From NCBI GenBank assembly GCA_946402315.1, contig CAMIWC010000002.1, forward strand, positions 36,432 through 100,431: 64,000 bases of DNA, written 5' to 3'. This DNA is from an uncultured Clostridium sp. GTDB lineage: Bacteria > Bacillota_I > Bacilli_A > RF39 > UBA660. Shown here piece by piece: positions 26,251-37,522 of the stretch. The position numbers were made by a program, and so were the translations under genes. The notes under the pieces are model-generated. The model saw only the letters and a list, made by a program, of their open reading frames with translations, was not told the DNA's origin and searched no databases. Position 1 is the stretch's first letter, and every line of letters begins with the position of its first letter.

Positions 26251-29184
26251 ATGTATATACCTTTATATGTAAAGAGTAATTATTCTTTATTATCAAGTTT
26301 AGTTACTATAGATAGTTTAATTGATTTATGTGTATCACATAATATTACTGAGATAGCACTTTGTGATGATGATTTAACATATGTAATGAACTTCTATAAA
26401 AAGTGCAAAGATAATAATATAAAACCAATTATTGGATTAGATGTAAAAATAGATAATATATCAGTACTTTTGTATGCAAAAAGTTATCAAGGATATCAAT
26501 CTTTAATAAAATTATCTACTTTAAAATATAGTAGAGAAATAACTATTGATGACTTAAAAGAATATAAAAAAGATGTATTATGTATCCTACCATTTTCTAG
26601 TATTAGTAAATATGATGAATTAAAAAAAATATATTCTGATATTTATTTGGGATATCAAAATAAAGGAGAAGAAAAACTAGTATTAGAACAAACTGATAAT
26701 ATTGTTTTCTTAAATAAAATATTATATTTAAATGAAGCTGATTCATCTTATCTAAAGTATTTATATATGATTAGAGATGGGAAAACTATTAGTGATGAAA
26801 TAGATCTTCCGGATGAAGTTAATTATTATATAGAAGAAAAAGAAGTAGTAAATATTTATTCTAAAAAGGGAATTAATAATACTAAGGTTATTGCTGACTT
26901 ATGTAACTTTGAATTTGTAGATAACGGAGTCCTTTTACCAATTTATGAAACTGGTAAAGGTAGTAGTGATGATTACTTAGAGAAGTTAAGTATTAAAGGA
27001 TTACAAAAAAGACTTAATAACAACGTAAGTGATACGTATAAAGAAAGATTATTATATGAGTTATCAGTTATTAAAAAAATGGGATTTTCTAATTATTTCT
27101 TAGTTGTTTATGATTTTATAAAATATGCTAAACAAAATAATATATTAGTAGGTCCTGGAAGAGGTTCTGCAGTAGGTTCGCTTGTTGCTTATTCATTAGG
27201 TATAACTGATATTGATCCAATTGAATATGATTTGTTATTTGAACGTTTCTTAAATCCAGAACGTATTTCTATGCCTGATATTGATACTGATTTTCCTGAT
27301 GTTTATCGTGATCAAGTAATAGATTATGTAAAAGATAAATATGGTGAAAAGAGAGTAGCTGGAATAGTTACTTTTGGAACTCTAAGTACAAGACTTGTTA
27401 TTAGAGATGTAGGACGTGTCTTAAATGCTGAAGCAAAAGATATAGATTATTTATGTAAAAGAGTACCAACTATATCTAAACAAAAAATAGGATACTTCTA
27501 TCAAAATGATAAAGATTTTAGAAGTATGATTGATAGTGATGAAAAACTAAAGTTATTATTTAAAATATGTTCAAAGATTGAAGGATTCCCTAGACATACA
27601 TCTATGCATGCAGCTGGAATAATTATGAGTAAAGTAGATTTAGATACAGTTATTCCACTTGTTAAAAATAATGATATTTATTTATCTGGATATACAATGG
27701 AACATCTAGAAGAGTTAGGTTTAATTAAGATGGATTTTTTAGGACTAAAGAACTTAACTACTATTATGAATATTATTGATGACATAGAAAAATATGAAAA
27801 GGTAAAGATTAATTTCTCAGATATTCCACTTAATGATAAAGAAACAATAGATATCTTTAAGAAATCAGATACTTTAGGAGTATTCCAATTTGAATCTGAT
27901 GGTATGCGTGCATTTCTAAGAAATTTAAAGCCTAATAACTTAGATGATATTATCGCAGCAATTGCTTTATTCCGTCCAGGAGCAGCAGTTAATATTGATT
28001 CTTATATTTTAAGGAAACAAGGTAAAGAAAAAGTAACTTATCTTGATGATTCAATAGAGGATATACTTGCTCCTACATATGGAATAATTATTTACCAAGA
28101 ACAAATTATGCAAATTGCCAGTACTTTAGCTGGATTTACATTAGGTGAAGCTGATATCTTAAGAAAAGCAATGAGTAAAAAGAAGAAAGATATATTGGCT
28201 GCTCAAGAAGAGAAATTCATAACTGGATGTGTAAAAAATGGACATAGCAAAGAGAAAGCTAAAGAGATATTTGATCTTATTTTAAACTTTGCAAACTATG
28301 GATTTAATAAGTCCCATTCAGTAGCATATTCCATTATCGCTTATCGTATGGCTTATCTAAAAGCAAAGTATCCTAAATATTTCTTTAGTAATCTTATGAG
28401 TTCAGTTATTGGTAGTGAGGTTAAAACTAAAGAATATTTAGATGAAGCAAGAAGACTAAATATTAAGGTTCTTCTTCCATCAATTACAAAGAGTAGTAAT
28501 CACTTTGTGGTAGAACCTGATGGTATAAGATTTCCACTTTCTAATATCAAGAATGTTGGAGTAGCAATCTCTTCCGACATAATTAATTCTAAAAAAGAAT
28601 ATACTGATATTTTTGATTGTATTAGTACAATTCTATCTAAGAATGTTAATAAGAGTATTCTGGAATCACTAATACTTGCTTCTTGTTTTGATGAATTTGG
28701 TTATAATAAAAGAACACTTGTTGAAAATATGGATGTCTTAATAAATTATGCTAATTTATCTAAAGACTTAGATCCATCTTTAATACTTAAACCAGAAATA
28801 GAAATAAAAGAAGAATATGCTAAAGAATATTTGATGGATAAAGAAAAAGAATTATTTGGATTCTATTTAAGTGAATATCCTACTACTAAATATAAACTTG
28901 AATATAAGACAATTAATACTAATGAAATAGAATCTTACTTTGATAAAACAATAGATCTTGTACTTTTAGTTGATAAAGTTAAAGAGGTACAAACTAAAAA
29001 AGAAGATATTATGGCTTTTATTTCTGGTAGTGATGAATATGGAAGTTGTAGTCTTACAATGTTTCCTAAAACATATGAGAATTACCCAGTTAAAAAAGGT
29101 AATATAGTACTTGTTAGAGGTAAAGTTGAAAGAAGATTTGATAAATATCAAATAGTCGTTGATAAAATTAAAAACTTAAACTAA
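26251..29184 (+). CDS. dnaE: DNA polymerase III alpha subunit DnaE
   Basis: GPGRGSAVGSLVAY, FERFLNPERISMPDIDTDF, HAAG, KMDFLGL, YGFNKSH, C-terminal OB fold. Confidence 0.95.
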   Translation: MYIPLYVKSNYSLLSSLVTIDSLIDLCVSHNITEIALCDDDLTYVMNFYKKCKDNNIKPIIGLDVKIDNISVLLYAKSYQGYQSLIKLSTLKYSREITIDDLKEYKKDVLCILPFSSISKYDELKKIYSDIYLGYQNKGEEKLVLEQTDNIVFLNKILYLNEADSSYLKYLYMIRDGKTISDEIDLPDEVNYYIEEKEVVNIYSKKGINNTKVIADLCNFEFVDNGVLLPIYETGKGSSDDYLEKLSIKGLQKRLNNNVSDTYKERLLYELSVIKKMGFSNYFLVVYDFIKYAKQNNILVGPGRGSAVGSLVAYSLGITDIDPIEYDLLFERFLNPERISMPDIDTDFPDVYRDQVIDYVKDKYGEKRVAGIVTFGTLSTRLVIRDVGRVLNAEAKDIDYLCKRVPTISKQKIGYFYQNDKDFRSMIDSDEKLKLLFKICSKIEGFPRHTSMHAAGIIMSKVDLDTVIPLVKNNDIYLSGYTMEHLEELGLIKMDFLGLKNLTTIMNIIDDIEKYEKVKINFSDIPLNDKETIDIFKKSDTLGVFQFESDGMRAFLRNLKPNNLDDIIAAIALFRPGAAVNIDSYILRKQGKEKVTYLDDSIEDILAPTYGIIIYQEQIMQIASTLAGFTLGEADILRKAMSKKKKDILAAQEEKFITGCVKNGHSKEKAKEIFDLILNFANYGFNKSHSVAYSIIAYRMAYLKAKYPKYFFSNLMSSVIGSEVKTKEYLDEARRLNIKVLLPSITKSSNHFVVEPDGIRFPLSNIKNVGVAISSDIINSKKEYTDIFDCISTILSKNVNKSILESLILASCFDEFGYNKRTLVENMDVLINYANLSKDLDPSLILKPEIEIKEEYAKEYLMDKEKELFGFYLSEYPTTKYKLEYKTINTNEIESYFDKTIDLVLLVDKVKEVQTKKEDIMAFISGSDEYGSCSLTMFPKTYENYPVKKGNIVLVRGKVERRFDKYQIVVDKIKNLN

Positions 29185-29241
29185 TATTTCTTGTTTAAGT
29201 TTTTATTTTACTATATAATATATCTTGTTGGAGGGATTGCG

Positions 29242-30519
29242 ATGGCAAAGAAAAAAGAAGAAACAAATAAAAATGTACACGAAGTTGTAGTAAAAATAGA
29301 TGGTTCTGAATGGAAAGAAGCACTAGATGCTGCATTCGAATCAAAAAGAAAAGAAGTAACAGTAAGTGGATTTAGAAAAGGTAAAGTACCAAGAGATGTA
29401 TATGAGAAAAACTTTGGTAAAGAAAGTTTATATACAACTGCTATTGATAGTGTAGTTCAAATCGCTTATATGAAAGCATTAACTGATTCTAAATTAATAC
29501 CTGTTGTACAACCTAAAGTAGATATTACTGCAGTTGATGATGAACATATTGAATTTATGTTTATATTTGTTACTAAACCAGAAGTTAAAGTAAAAAAATA
29601 TAAAGGACTAAAAGTTACTAAAGAGAAAGTAAAAGTTACTAAAGAAGAAATTGAAACTGAACTTAAGAAATTACTTGAACAATATGGAGAAGTAAGAGTA
29701 AAAGAAACTGGTAAATTAGAAAAAGGTAATATAGCTGTTATTGATTTTGAAGGATTCGATGACGGAGCTCCATTTGAAGGTGGAAAAGCAGAAAACTATG
29801 AATTAGAAATTGGAAGTAATACATTTATTCCTGGATTTGAAGATCAATTAATTGGTATGAAATCACATGATGAAAAAGATATTAAAGTTACTTTCCCAGA
29901 AGAGTATCCTGCTGAAAATTTAAAAGGAAAAGAAGTAGTATTTAAAGTTAAACTTCATGAAATAAAAGAAAAAGTTGAAAGAGACTTTGATGAAGAATTG
30001 TTTGAAGATTTAGGTATGGAAGGAGTTAATAGTAAAGAAACTCTTGAAGCTGAAATCAAAGCTAATCTTGAAGCTCAAAAAGAAACTGATGCTGAAAATA
30101 AATATGTAGATGAATTACTTGAAGCTGTATCTGAAAATACGGAAGTAGAAATTCCAGATGAAATGATCGATGAAGAAACAGATAGACTTCTTGGACGTTA
30201 TGAAGAACAATTAAAGATGCAAGGAATATCTTTAGATCTTTATTATCAAATTACTAATACTAAAGAAGAAGATTTAAGAGATCAAATTGCTAAAGAATCT
30301 TCTAAGAATGTTAAATATCGTTTAATGCTTGAAGAAATTATGGAAAAAGAACATATTGAAGTAACTGATGAAGAAGCTGACAAAGAAGCTACTGAACTTG
30401 CTGAAAAATATGGAATGAAAAAAGAAGAATTCTTATCATCATTTGGTGGAGTAGAAATGATCAAATATGATTTAGAAATTCGTAAAGTAGTAGATTTCTT
30501 AAAAGAAGAAAACAAATAG
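29242..30519 (+). CDS. tig: Trigger factor
   Basis: GFRKGKVP ribosome-binding motif, FKBP domain IDFEG...FIPGFEDQLIG; ATG at 29242 after GGAGGG. Confidence 0.96.
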   Translation: MAKKKEETNKNVHEVVVKIDGSEWKEALDAAFESKRKEVTVSGFRKGKVPRDVYEKNFGKESLYTTAIDSVVQIAYMKALTDSKLIPVVQPKVDITAVDDEHIEFMFIFVTKPEVKVKKYKGLKVTKEKVKVTKEEIETELKKLLEQYGEVRVKETGKLEKGNIAVIDFEGFDDGAPFEGGKAENYELEIGSNTFIPGFEDQLIGMKSHDEKDIKVTFPEEYPAENLKGKEVVFKVKLHEIKEKVERDFDEELFEDLGMEGVNSKETLEAEIKANLEAQKETDAENKYVDELLEAVSENTEVEIPDEMIDEETDRLLGRYEEQLKMQGISLDLYYQITNTKEEDLRDQIAKESSKNVKYRLMLEEIMEKEHIEVTDEEADKEATELAEKYGMKKEEFLSSFGGVEMIKYDLEIRKVVDFLKEENK

Positions 30520-30531
30520 TTTTCTTCTTTT
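30501..30531 (+). terminator. Terminator after tig
   Basis: AAAAGAAGAAAAC-loop-GTTTTCTTCTTTT. Confidence 0.7.
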
Positions 30532-30597
30532 TATTTTATAGACATTTTTAGTTATTTTAGATATACTAGAGTTAGTATTAAGATAGAGGGTGTTGTA

Positions 30598-31311
30598 ATG
30601 GAAAATAATGAAAATAAAACTCCAGTAGTAGAAGCAGAAAAACAAGAAACTACTACTAGTCAAGAACCTGTTAAGACTGAAGAAAAACCAGTGGAGAAAA
30701 AAGAAAAGAAATCTTTATTTGCTCCTAAAAAGAAACCATGGGAAGAAGATAAACCAAAAGAACCATTGGATACACAAGATATGCTTTGTATAGCTGGGTT
30801 TGTATTCTTTTTAATTTTAGCTTTTACACCATATTTTTTAAGATTTTTAGATTCTAGTTATGATGAAACTAAAAAGTTTAGTTTAAAAGAAGATGACAGT
30901 AAGTCTCAAGTAGTTACTAAGACTACTAGAAAAAAATTAATTTGTAATAAAAACGTAAATGAAAGCGCTTCTGGATATAATTACACAGTTGATATAGAGA
31001 ATTTATATGAAAACGGAGAAGTAACAGTTAATAAGATTGTTTATAAAGTAGAAATAGTAGATCCTGCTGTATCAATAAATGATGTTCAAATAGAAGAATT
31101 TGAAACTTTATCAAATATTAAATCAGACGGTGTTAAAGTAGAACATATTGATGGAACAGATACTTATTCAATTGAAATCAATTATAATCTTGATGCTTCA
31201 TTAAAAACTAATGCTGAATTATCTAGCCATTTTAAAGCTTTTGGTATTCAAAAAAGCGATTATGAAGAAGAACAAGGATATACTTGTACTGATGAAAAAT
31301 TGGAGGGATAA
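30598..31311 (+). CDS. Membrane-anchored hypothetical protein with a KLIC...GYTC domain
   Basis: Charged N-terminus, one TM, extracellular domain bounded by two Cys. Confidence 0.7.
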   Translation: MENNENKTPVVEAEKQETTTSQEPVKTEEKPVEKKEKKSLFAPKKKPWEEDKPKEPLDTQDMLCIAGFVFFLILAFTPYFLRFLDSSYDETKKFSLKEDDSKSQVVTKTTRKKLICNKNVNESASGYNYTVDIENLYENGEVTVNKIVYKVEIVDPAVSINDVQIEEFETLSNIKSDGVKVEHIDGTDTYSIEINYNLDASLKTNAELSSHFKAFGIQKSDYEEEQGYTCTDEKLEG

Positions 31312-31313
31312 AG

Positions 31314-32693
31314 ATGGAAATAACTACTAATATTGGAAATAATATATTTAGAGGATATGATATTAGAGGTAAATATCCTACTGAAATAAATGAAGATATT
31401 TATTATACAATTGGAAGAAGTTTTGGTACTTACATCAAAAAATTCAATGAAACTAAATGTGTAGTTGGACACGATAATAGATATTCTTCTAATGAATTAG
31501 TTAAAGCTCTTATTACTGGATTAATAGATAGTGGTGTTGATGTTATTAACTTAGGATTAGTTACTACACCAATGTACTATTATGCTCAAATAAAGTTAAA
31601 TATTTTAACTGGTATGATGGTAACTGCTAGTCATAATCCTAAAGATGATAATGGTATTAAATACTCAATTAATTCATTCTCTAATTGTAAAGGTGAAGAA
31701 ATACAAGATTTTTATAGATTTACAATGGAAGGTAATTTTGATGAAGATGTACCTTTAGGTGAATTAACTGAATATGATATAAGAAATGATTATTTAGAAT
31801 TATATAAAACTAATCTTCATTATGGAGATAGGAGAGTAAAAGTAGTACTTGATCCAGGAAATGGTACAACTACTACAATACTAAAAGATTTATATAGTCA
31901 ATTTCCAATAGATTTTGAAATCATTTGTGGTGATTCTGATCCATTGTTTCCAAATCACCATCCAGATCCATGTGTTGAAGCTAATCTTGAAATGTTAAAA
32001 GAAAAAGTATTAGAAACAGGCGCTGATCTAGGTATTGGTTTTGATGGAGATGGAGATAGATTAGGAGTTATCTCTAATAGTGGTAAATTTATACCTACTG
32101 ATAAATATATGATTATGATTATTAGAGATATTATTAATAAAGTTCCTAAAAAAGAGTTCCTATATGATGTTAAATGTTCTAAATCTTTATCTGATGAGAT
32201 TGAAAGATTAGGTGGAACAGGAATCTGTTATCGTACTGGAAACTCTTATACAAAAGCTAGAGTGAGAGAATTAGATATTCCTTTTGGAGGAGAATTATCT
32301 GGACATGTTTATTTTAGAGATAGATGGTTAGGATTTGATTCTGGTTTATATGCTGGACTTAGATTACTTGAAATACTTAGTCATACTGATAAACAAGTGG
32401 ATGACTTATTAGAAGGAATTAATGAATATTATTCAACAGAAGAAATAAAATTTGCATCTACTGATGAAAAGAAAGTTGAAGTAGTAGATAAAATAGTTAA
32501 ATATGCTCAAGATAAAGGGTATAACGTAAATACAATTGATGGCGTTAGAGCAGATTTTTCTGATGGTTGGGCATTAGTTAGATATAGTAATACTGGACCA
32601 AATATAACAGCAAGATTTGAAGGTAATACTGTAGAGAGACTAGAACAACTTCAAAATGAATTTATAACTTTAATTGAAGAATATAATAAGTAG
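31314..32693 (+). CDS. Phosphomannomutase/phosphoglucomutase
   Basis: FRGYDIRG, TASHNP, FDGDGDR, GGELSGH, VRYSNT. Confidence 0.93.
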   Translation: MEITTNIGNNIFRGYDIRGKYPTEINEDIYYTIGRSFGTYIKKFNETKCVVGHDNRYSSNELVKALITGLIDSGVDVINLGLVTTPMYYYAQIKLNILTGMMVTASHNPKDDNGIKYSINSFSNCKGEEIQDFYRFTMEGNFDEDVPLGELTEYDIRNDYLELYKTNLHYGDRRVKVVLDPGNGTTTTILKDLYSQFPIDFEIICGDSDPLFPNHHPDPCVEANLEMLKEKVLETGADLGIGFDGDGDRLGVISNSGKFIPTDKYMIMIIRDIINKVPKKEFLYDVKCSKSLSDEIERLGGTGICYRTGNSYTKARVRELDIPFGGELSGHVYFRDRWLGFDSGLYAGLRLLEILSHTDKQVDDLLEGINEYYSTEEIKFASTDEKKVEVVDKIVKYAQDKGYNVNTIDGVRADFSDGWALVRYSNTGPNITARFEGNTVERLEQLQNEFITLIEEYNK

Positions 32694-32701
32694 GTGTGAA
32701 T

Positions 32702-35700
32702 ATGGGAAAAATCAATAAAAAGAACAAGAAAAAAGAAAAAATAAAAGAAGAAGTAAAAGTTGAAGAGCATCTTGAAGAACCAATTGAAGTAAAAGAAGAA
32801 AAGAAAACTAAAAAAGCAAATTTATCAAAGAATAAAAAAATACTTATAATTCTTGCATCATGTATTTGCTTTGTACTTGCTTTATTATTAGTTATTACTA
32901 AAACAGATATTATTTCTAATTTATTAGGTGAAAATAAAGGACCTGCTTTAATAACTAGTGTAACTTATCAAGGTAAGAATAAATATCAAATAGAATCTAC
33001 TTCTAAATTTATTGTAGAAACTAAAAATATTAAAAAAGATGATTTGAATAAATACCTTGCGATAGAACCAGCTTATAACTATACAATTGAAACTAAAGGT
33101 AAAAATAAATTTGAGATAACAGTAGATAATATTGAAGCTAATCAAATTGTTAATATTGACTTTGTTAACAATGAGAAAATAGATAAGAAATGGGCTTTCC
33201 AATCTAGTAATGATTATGGAGTTAGTTCTGTTTATCCGGCTGATAAAAAAAGTAATGTATCTGTTGATTCAGTTATAGAAGTAACATTTACACATACTGG
33301 AACAGATTTAGATGAATTTAGAGGTCATTTTAATATTGAACCTAAAGTAGAGGGAACATTTAAAGTATATGGTAGAACTATTACTTTTGTTCCTAAAGAA
33401 GAGTTAAAACTTAAAACTAATTATACAGTTACTATTACTAAAGGATTAAAATTAGATGAAGATGAAATTACTAATGACTATTCCTTTACTTTTACTACTG
33501 AAGGAGACGATTACGTTGATATAGAAGATCTTGGTTACAGTGTTGTTTCTTTAGATAAGATTAGTACATTTAAACCAAATGATCCTCCTAAAGTAGCATT
33601 ATATAATGATGTTTGGGGAGAAGATAACGAAGATGAAGCTATTGATGTAATTAATAAGATAGTTGTAGAAAAGTTTAGTAATTCTAATGATTTTTATAAA
33701 TATATTACTGGTACAACTACTATTAAGAGAGATAATCTAGGTAGTTATGGATTCCATAAATATAATATAGATACTGTTGAATTAGATAAAACTTTAAATG
33801 AAGGATATTATCTATTAAATGTATATGCTTCAGGAAATAGTTTAATGTTTAGTATTCCTGTACAAGTAAATAGTTTATCTGCTTACTTAATGAGTAGTGA
33901 AAGAGATATTGTTGTTTGGGTTGCTAAAGATGGAGAACTTGCTAAAGGTATAGAAGTATCTTATGAAAATAAAAAAGAAACAACTAATAGTGATGGTATA
34001 GCTATTTTAAGAGATATTTCTGATGGATCTAAAAAACTTAAATATGTAAAGATTAATAGTGGATCTAATTACCCAGTATTTGTTGGTATAGAAAATAGTA
34101 GTTTAAATAATTATCCATATGGATATATTTATACAGATAGACCATTATATAAAAATACAGATCAAGTTAAAGTATGGGGTTATGTACCATTAACATTCTT
34201 TGTAGACAAAGTAGATTTAAATAAATTTAGCTTAAAATTAGAAGATAAGAATATTCCTATAAAAGTATCTGATGATGGTACATTTACTGCAACTATAGAT
34301 TTGAATAATTATGCAAGTTATTATTATGAACTAACACTTTTATATAACAATACTCCTATTGGATGGAGATATATAGATGTAGAGAACTATCAAGCTCAAA
34401 ACTATATCTATGAAATAAATACAAGTAAAGCTTATATGGAAGCTGGAAAGAATTTAGAAACAACTATTAAAGTTAAACATGTTTCTGGTATTCCTGCAGT
34501 TAATAAAGAAATAACAGTTGCTTTTGATTCAAAAACATATAAAGGAAGAACTAATACAAATGGAGAAGTAACATTTAATATTAAATATGCCGTAAAAGAA
34601 GATGAAAAAGGTGAAAATGTTGTTTATGAAGAATTATCTATTCTTGGTACAGCTTTAGATTCAGAAGATTATGATATTGGTTTATATATACCAGTTATTG
34701 TTAATAAGGTTTATGTTTCTAATGAAGAATCATCTTCAAAAGGTTATAAAGCCAATTTTAATGTTTTAGATTTATCTAAAGATGTTAAAGATAATGAAGA
34801 TATTCTAGATTCATTAAAAGGATCTAAATTTAAAGGAACAGTTAATGTTAAATTAGTTGAAGTAAAAGAAACAAGATCATCTTACTTTATAGAAGATGAA
34901 TATACAAAAGAAAAAGAAGAATACTATAATTGGTCTACTGATTATGAAAACATTGTTGATAATAGAAATATTGATATTGATGGAGTACTAGATTATAAAG
35001 TAGATTATGAATATAAAGAAGCTCAAGAAAATGAGTACTATTCATATCAATTATACGTTTCTTATAAAGATAGTTCGGGATATGAATCTCAAACAGTATC
35101 ATGGCTTTATTCATCATATGATGATAAATTATTCTCAAATAATGCTTCAGCAGATAACATGAATAGGATTCCAGCTATTGTAGAATATGGTCTAGGAGAT
35201 GCCTATGATTTATATGAATATGAAATAGGTAATGAAAATGGAAATTATTGGGAATGGGAATATGGATACTTTAATACTACTTATTCTGTAGGAGATCCAT
35301 ATAAAATTAAACTATTAGATCTATCGTCTAAAGAAGTACAAAATGATAATAAGATACTTGAAATAAGATATAGAGAAAAAATAACTTCTACAAATATTAA
35401 GAAAACTAATGATATGGATATCAAATTCGATAAATCAGATATTCCAGGAGTATTCTTAACTGGTGCTTATTATGATGGAAATGAATTCTATCGTACAGGT
35501 TCAGATTATTATAAATATAAAGAAGAAGATAGTGAACTTAAAATAACTATTAGTCCAAATAAAAAGAACTATGAACCAAAAGAAGAAGTAGAAGTAAAAA
35601 TAAAAGTTACTGATAAAAATGGTAATCCAGTACAAGCTAATTTAAATGTAAGTGTTGTTAATGAAGGGGTATTTAATCTTATAAGTGATAATACAGGTAT

Positions 35701-37516
35701 TCTTTCAACAATCTATGATTATAGATACTTTAGTAGTTATACATATTCAACTTATAGAAACTATAAATTGTACGATAATCGTGGAGGAGCTGGTGCTGAA
35801 TCTGGTGGTGGAGGTAGATCTAATTTCGGTGATACTATTTACTTCGATACTATTACTACTAATAAAAAAGGAGAAGCTACTGTTAAATTTAAATTAAATG
35901 ATTTAATAACAAGTTTCAGAATAACAGTACATGCTTCTACTAAAGATGCATCTGTTGGATCAAATTACACAAATATTAATTCAACTCTTCCATTATCAAT
36001 TGAATTTAATCAAAACGCTTTTGTAAAATCTAGTGATGATTTAGTTATAAGTGTATCTTCTTTATCACCTGATAATAAGAAAAATAAAGTTAAATATACT
36101 ATTGAAATACCAGAAATAAATAAAAAGATTGAAAAAGAAGGTATTCCAGGACAATTAGTATATGCTAATTTTGGAAAACTAAGTGTAGGTAAATATACAG
36201 TTAAAATAAATGCTTCTGTAGGCAAATTAAAAGATTCTGTAGAGTATCCAGTTGAAATAATAGAAACATCTAATGAAATAAAAATAACTACAGAAAATAA
36301 TATAAAAGATATTAAATCTATTAAACCTACTAAGAATCCAATTTATGTAGAAGTATATCCTAGTTATTTAAGTAAATATTTAGAATATTTATCTAAATTA
36401 AGAAATTATACTGATAGATTAGATACTAAGATTGGTTATTATAAAGCTTTAGAATATGAAAAAGATTTCTATAATACAGATAGTATTATTAATGTAGAGA
36501 GTTTTGATTCATATAAATATGAGAATAAACTAAGACCTTTAATTAATGCTGAAACTGATGATGTATTAACAGCCTTAAGTTTATATTATACAAATTACTT
36601 TGATATTAATAGTTCTACATATTACAACACATTTAATTCAGAAGATTATCAATTAAGTAGAATTAAAGCATTATTAGTACTAGCTGCTAAACGTGAACCA
36701 GTATTAGTAGACTTAAATGATTATGAAGCAAATTCTTTAGATGAAAATGTTTATAAAGCATTAGCTTATATCTTCTTGGGTGACTATGATTCAGCTAAAG
36801 ATGTTTATGATAAATATTTAAGTAATAGTAATGATGAAGAATTTAGATCTCTAATAGCTATAGTTGAAACAGTAGTAGCTCGTGATAAAGCAGAAAAAAC
36901 TATTAACGAAGTATTAGATAAGAAAGAGTCAGATAAATATATTAACTTTGCTATTATCTCTTACTTTGAAAATAATCAAGATGAATTACTTCATAAAGAA
37001 AAAGTAGAAGTAACATATGGAAAGACTAAAGAAGATTTAGTAATAGATAAATATAATGTTAATAAATTAGTTTTATATGATAAAGATATGAGTGATATTA
37101 AATTCAAATCTAAGAGCGATAAGATTAATGTATCTTACTACTATGTAGGTAAAATTTCTGAATTAGGAGATAAAGTAATTAAGAATATTACTATATCAAC
37201 AAGTGGAAATAAGACTATTGGTAATGTTATGTATTTAACAATAGATTTATCTAAAGCTAAAACTGAATATGGAAATATTTATGTATATTTACCAGCAAAT
37301 GTTTCTTTAGCAGATACTAAAGTAAATAATAAAGGTGCTTATATTTATAAGACTAATGAAAATAAGTTAATAGTATCTTTAACTAAAGGACATGCTGATA
37401 AAATAAATGTTCCATTAGTAGTAAAACTTCCAGGAAAATATACATTTGAAAGTGTTATTCTAGAAGAAAATGATAAGTATATGATTTCTAATGAAGTAGA
37501 GTTTGAAACTAAATAA
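32702..37516 (+). CDS. Membrane-anchored bacterial alpha-2-macroglobulin-like protein with Ig-like N-terminus, lacking a CxEQ thioester motif
   Basis: TM near aa 50-67; Big_5-like TNYTVTITKG...YSFTFTT; MG2 YIYTDRPLYK; YEPKEEVEVKI...VSVVNEG; Gly-rich bait RGGAGAESGGGGRSNFGDTIYF; LNDLITSFRI. Confidence 0.8.
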   Translation: MGKINKKNKKKEKIKEEVKVEEHLEEPIEVKEEKKTKKANLSKNKKILIILASCICFVLALLLVITKTDIISNLLGENKGPALITSVTYQGKNKYQIESTSKFIVETKNIKKDDLNKYLAIEPAYNYTIETKGKNKFEITVDNIEANQIVNIDFVNNEKIDKKWAFQSSNDYGVSSVYPADKKSNVSVDSVIEVTFTHTGTDLDEFRGHFNIEPKVEGTFKVYGRTITFVPKEELKLKTNYTVTITKGLKLDEDEITNDYSFTFTTEGDDYVDIEDLGYSVVSLDKISTFKPNDPPKVALYNDVWGEDNEDEAIDVINKIVVEKFSNSNDFYKYITGTTTIKRDNLGSYGFHKYNIDTVELDKTLNEGYYLLNVYASGNSLMFSIPVQVNSLSAYLMSSERDIVVWVAKDGELAKGIEVSYENKKETTNSDGIAILRDISDGSKKLKYVKINSGSNYPVFVGIENSSLNNYPYGYIYTDRPLYKNTDQVKVWGYVPLTFFVDKVDLNKFSLKLEDKNIPIKVSDDGTFTATIDLNNYASYYYELTLLYNNTPIGWRYIDVENYQAQNYIYEINTSKAYMEAGKNLETTIKVKHVSGIPAVNKEITVAFDSKTYKGRTNTNGEVTFNIKYAVKEDEKGENVVYEELSILGTALDSEDYDIGLYIPVIVNKVYVSNEESSSKGYKANFNVLDLSKDVKDNEDILDSLKGSKFKGTVNVKLVEVKETRSSYFIEDEYTKEKEEYYNWSTDYENIVDNRNIDIDGVLDYKVDYEYKEAQENEYYSYQLYVSYKDSSGYESQTVSWLYSSYDDKLFSNNASADNMNRIPAIVEYGLGDAYDLYEYEIGNENGNYWEWEYGYFNTTYSVGDPYKIKLLDLSSKEVQNDNKILEIRYREKITSTNIKKTNDMDIKFDKSDIPGVFLTGAYYDGNEFYRTGSDYYKYKEEDSELKITISPNKKNYEPKEEVEVKIKVTDKNGNPVQANLNVSVVNEGVFNLISDNTGILSTIYDYRYFSSYTYSTYRNYKLYDNRGGAGAESGGGGRSNFGDTIYFDTITTNKKGEATVKFKLNDLITSFRITVHASTKDASVGSNYTNINSTLPLSIEFNQNAFVKSSDDLVISVSSLSPDNKKNKVKYTIEIPEINKKIEKEGIPGQLVYANFGKLSVGKYTVKINASVGKLKDSVEYPVEIIETSNEIKITTENNIKDIKSIKPTKNPIYVEVYPSYLSKYLEYLSKLRNYTDRLDTKIGYYKALEYEKDFYNTDSIINVESFDSYKYENKLRPLINAETDDVLTALSLYYTNYFDINSSTYYNTFNSEDYQLSRIKALLVLAAKREPVLVDLNDYEANSLDENVYKALAYIFLGDYDSAKDVYDKYLSNSNDEEFRSLIAIVETVVARDKAEKTINEVLDKKESDKYINFAIISYFENNQDELLHKEKVEVTYGKTKEDLVIDKYNVNKLVLYDKDMSDIKFKSKSDKINVSYYYVGKISELGDKVIKNITISTSGNKTIGNVMYLTIDLSKAKTEYGNIYVYLPANVSLADTKVNNKGAYIYKTNENKLIVSLTKGHADKINVPLVVKLPGKYTFESVILEENDKYMISNEVEFETK

Positions 37517-37522
37517 TAATTT

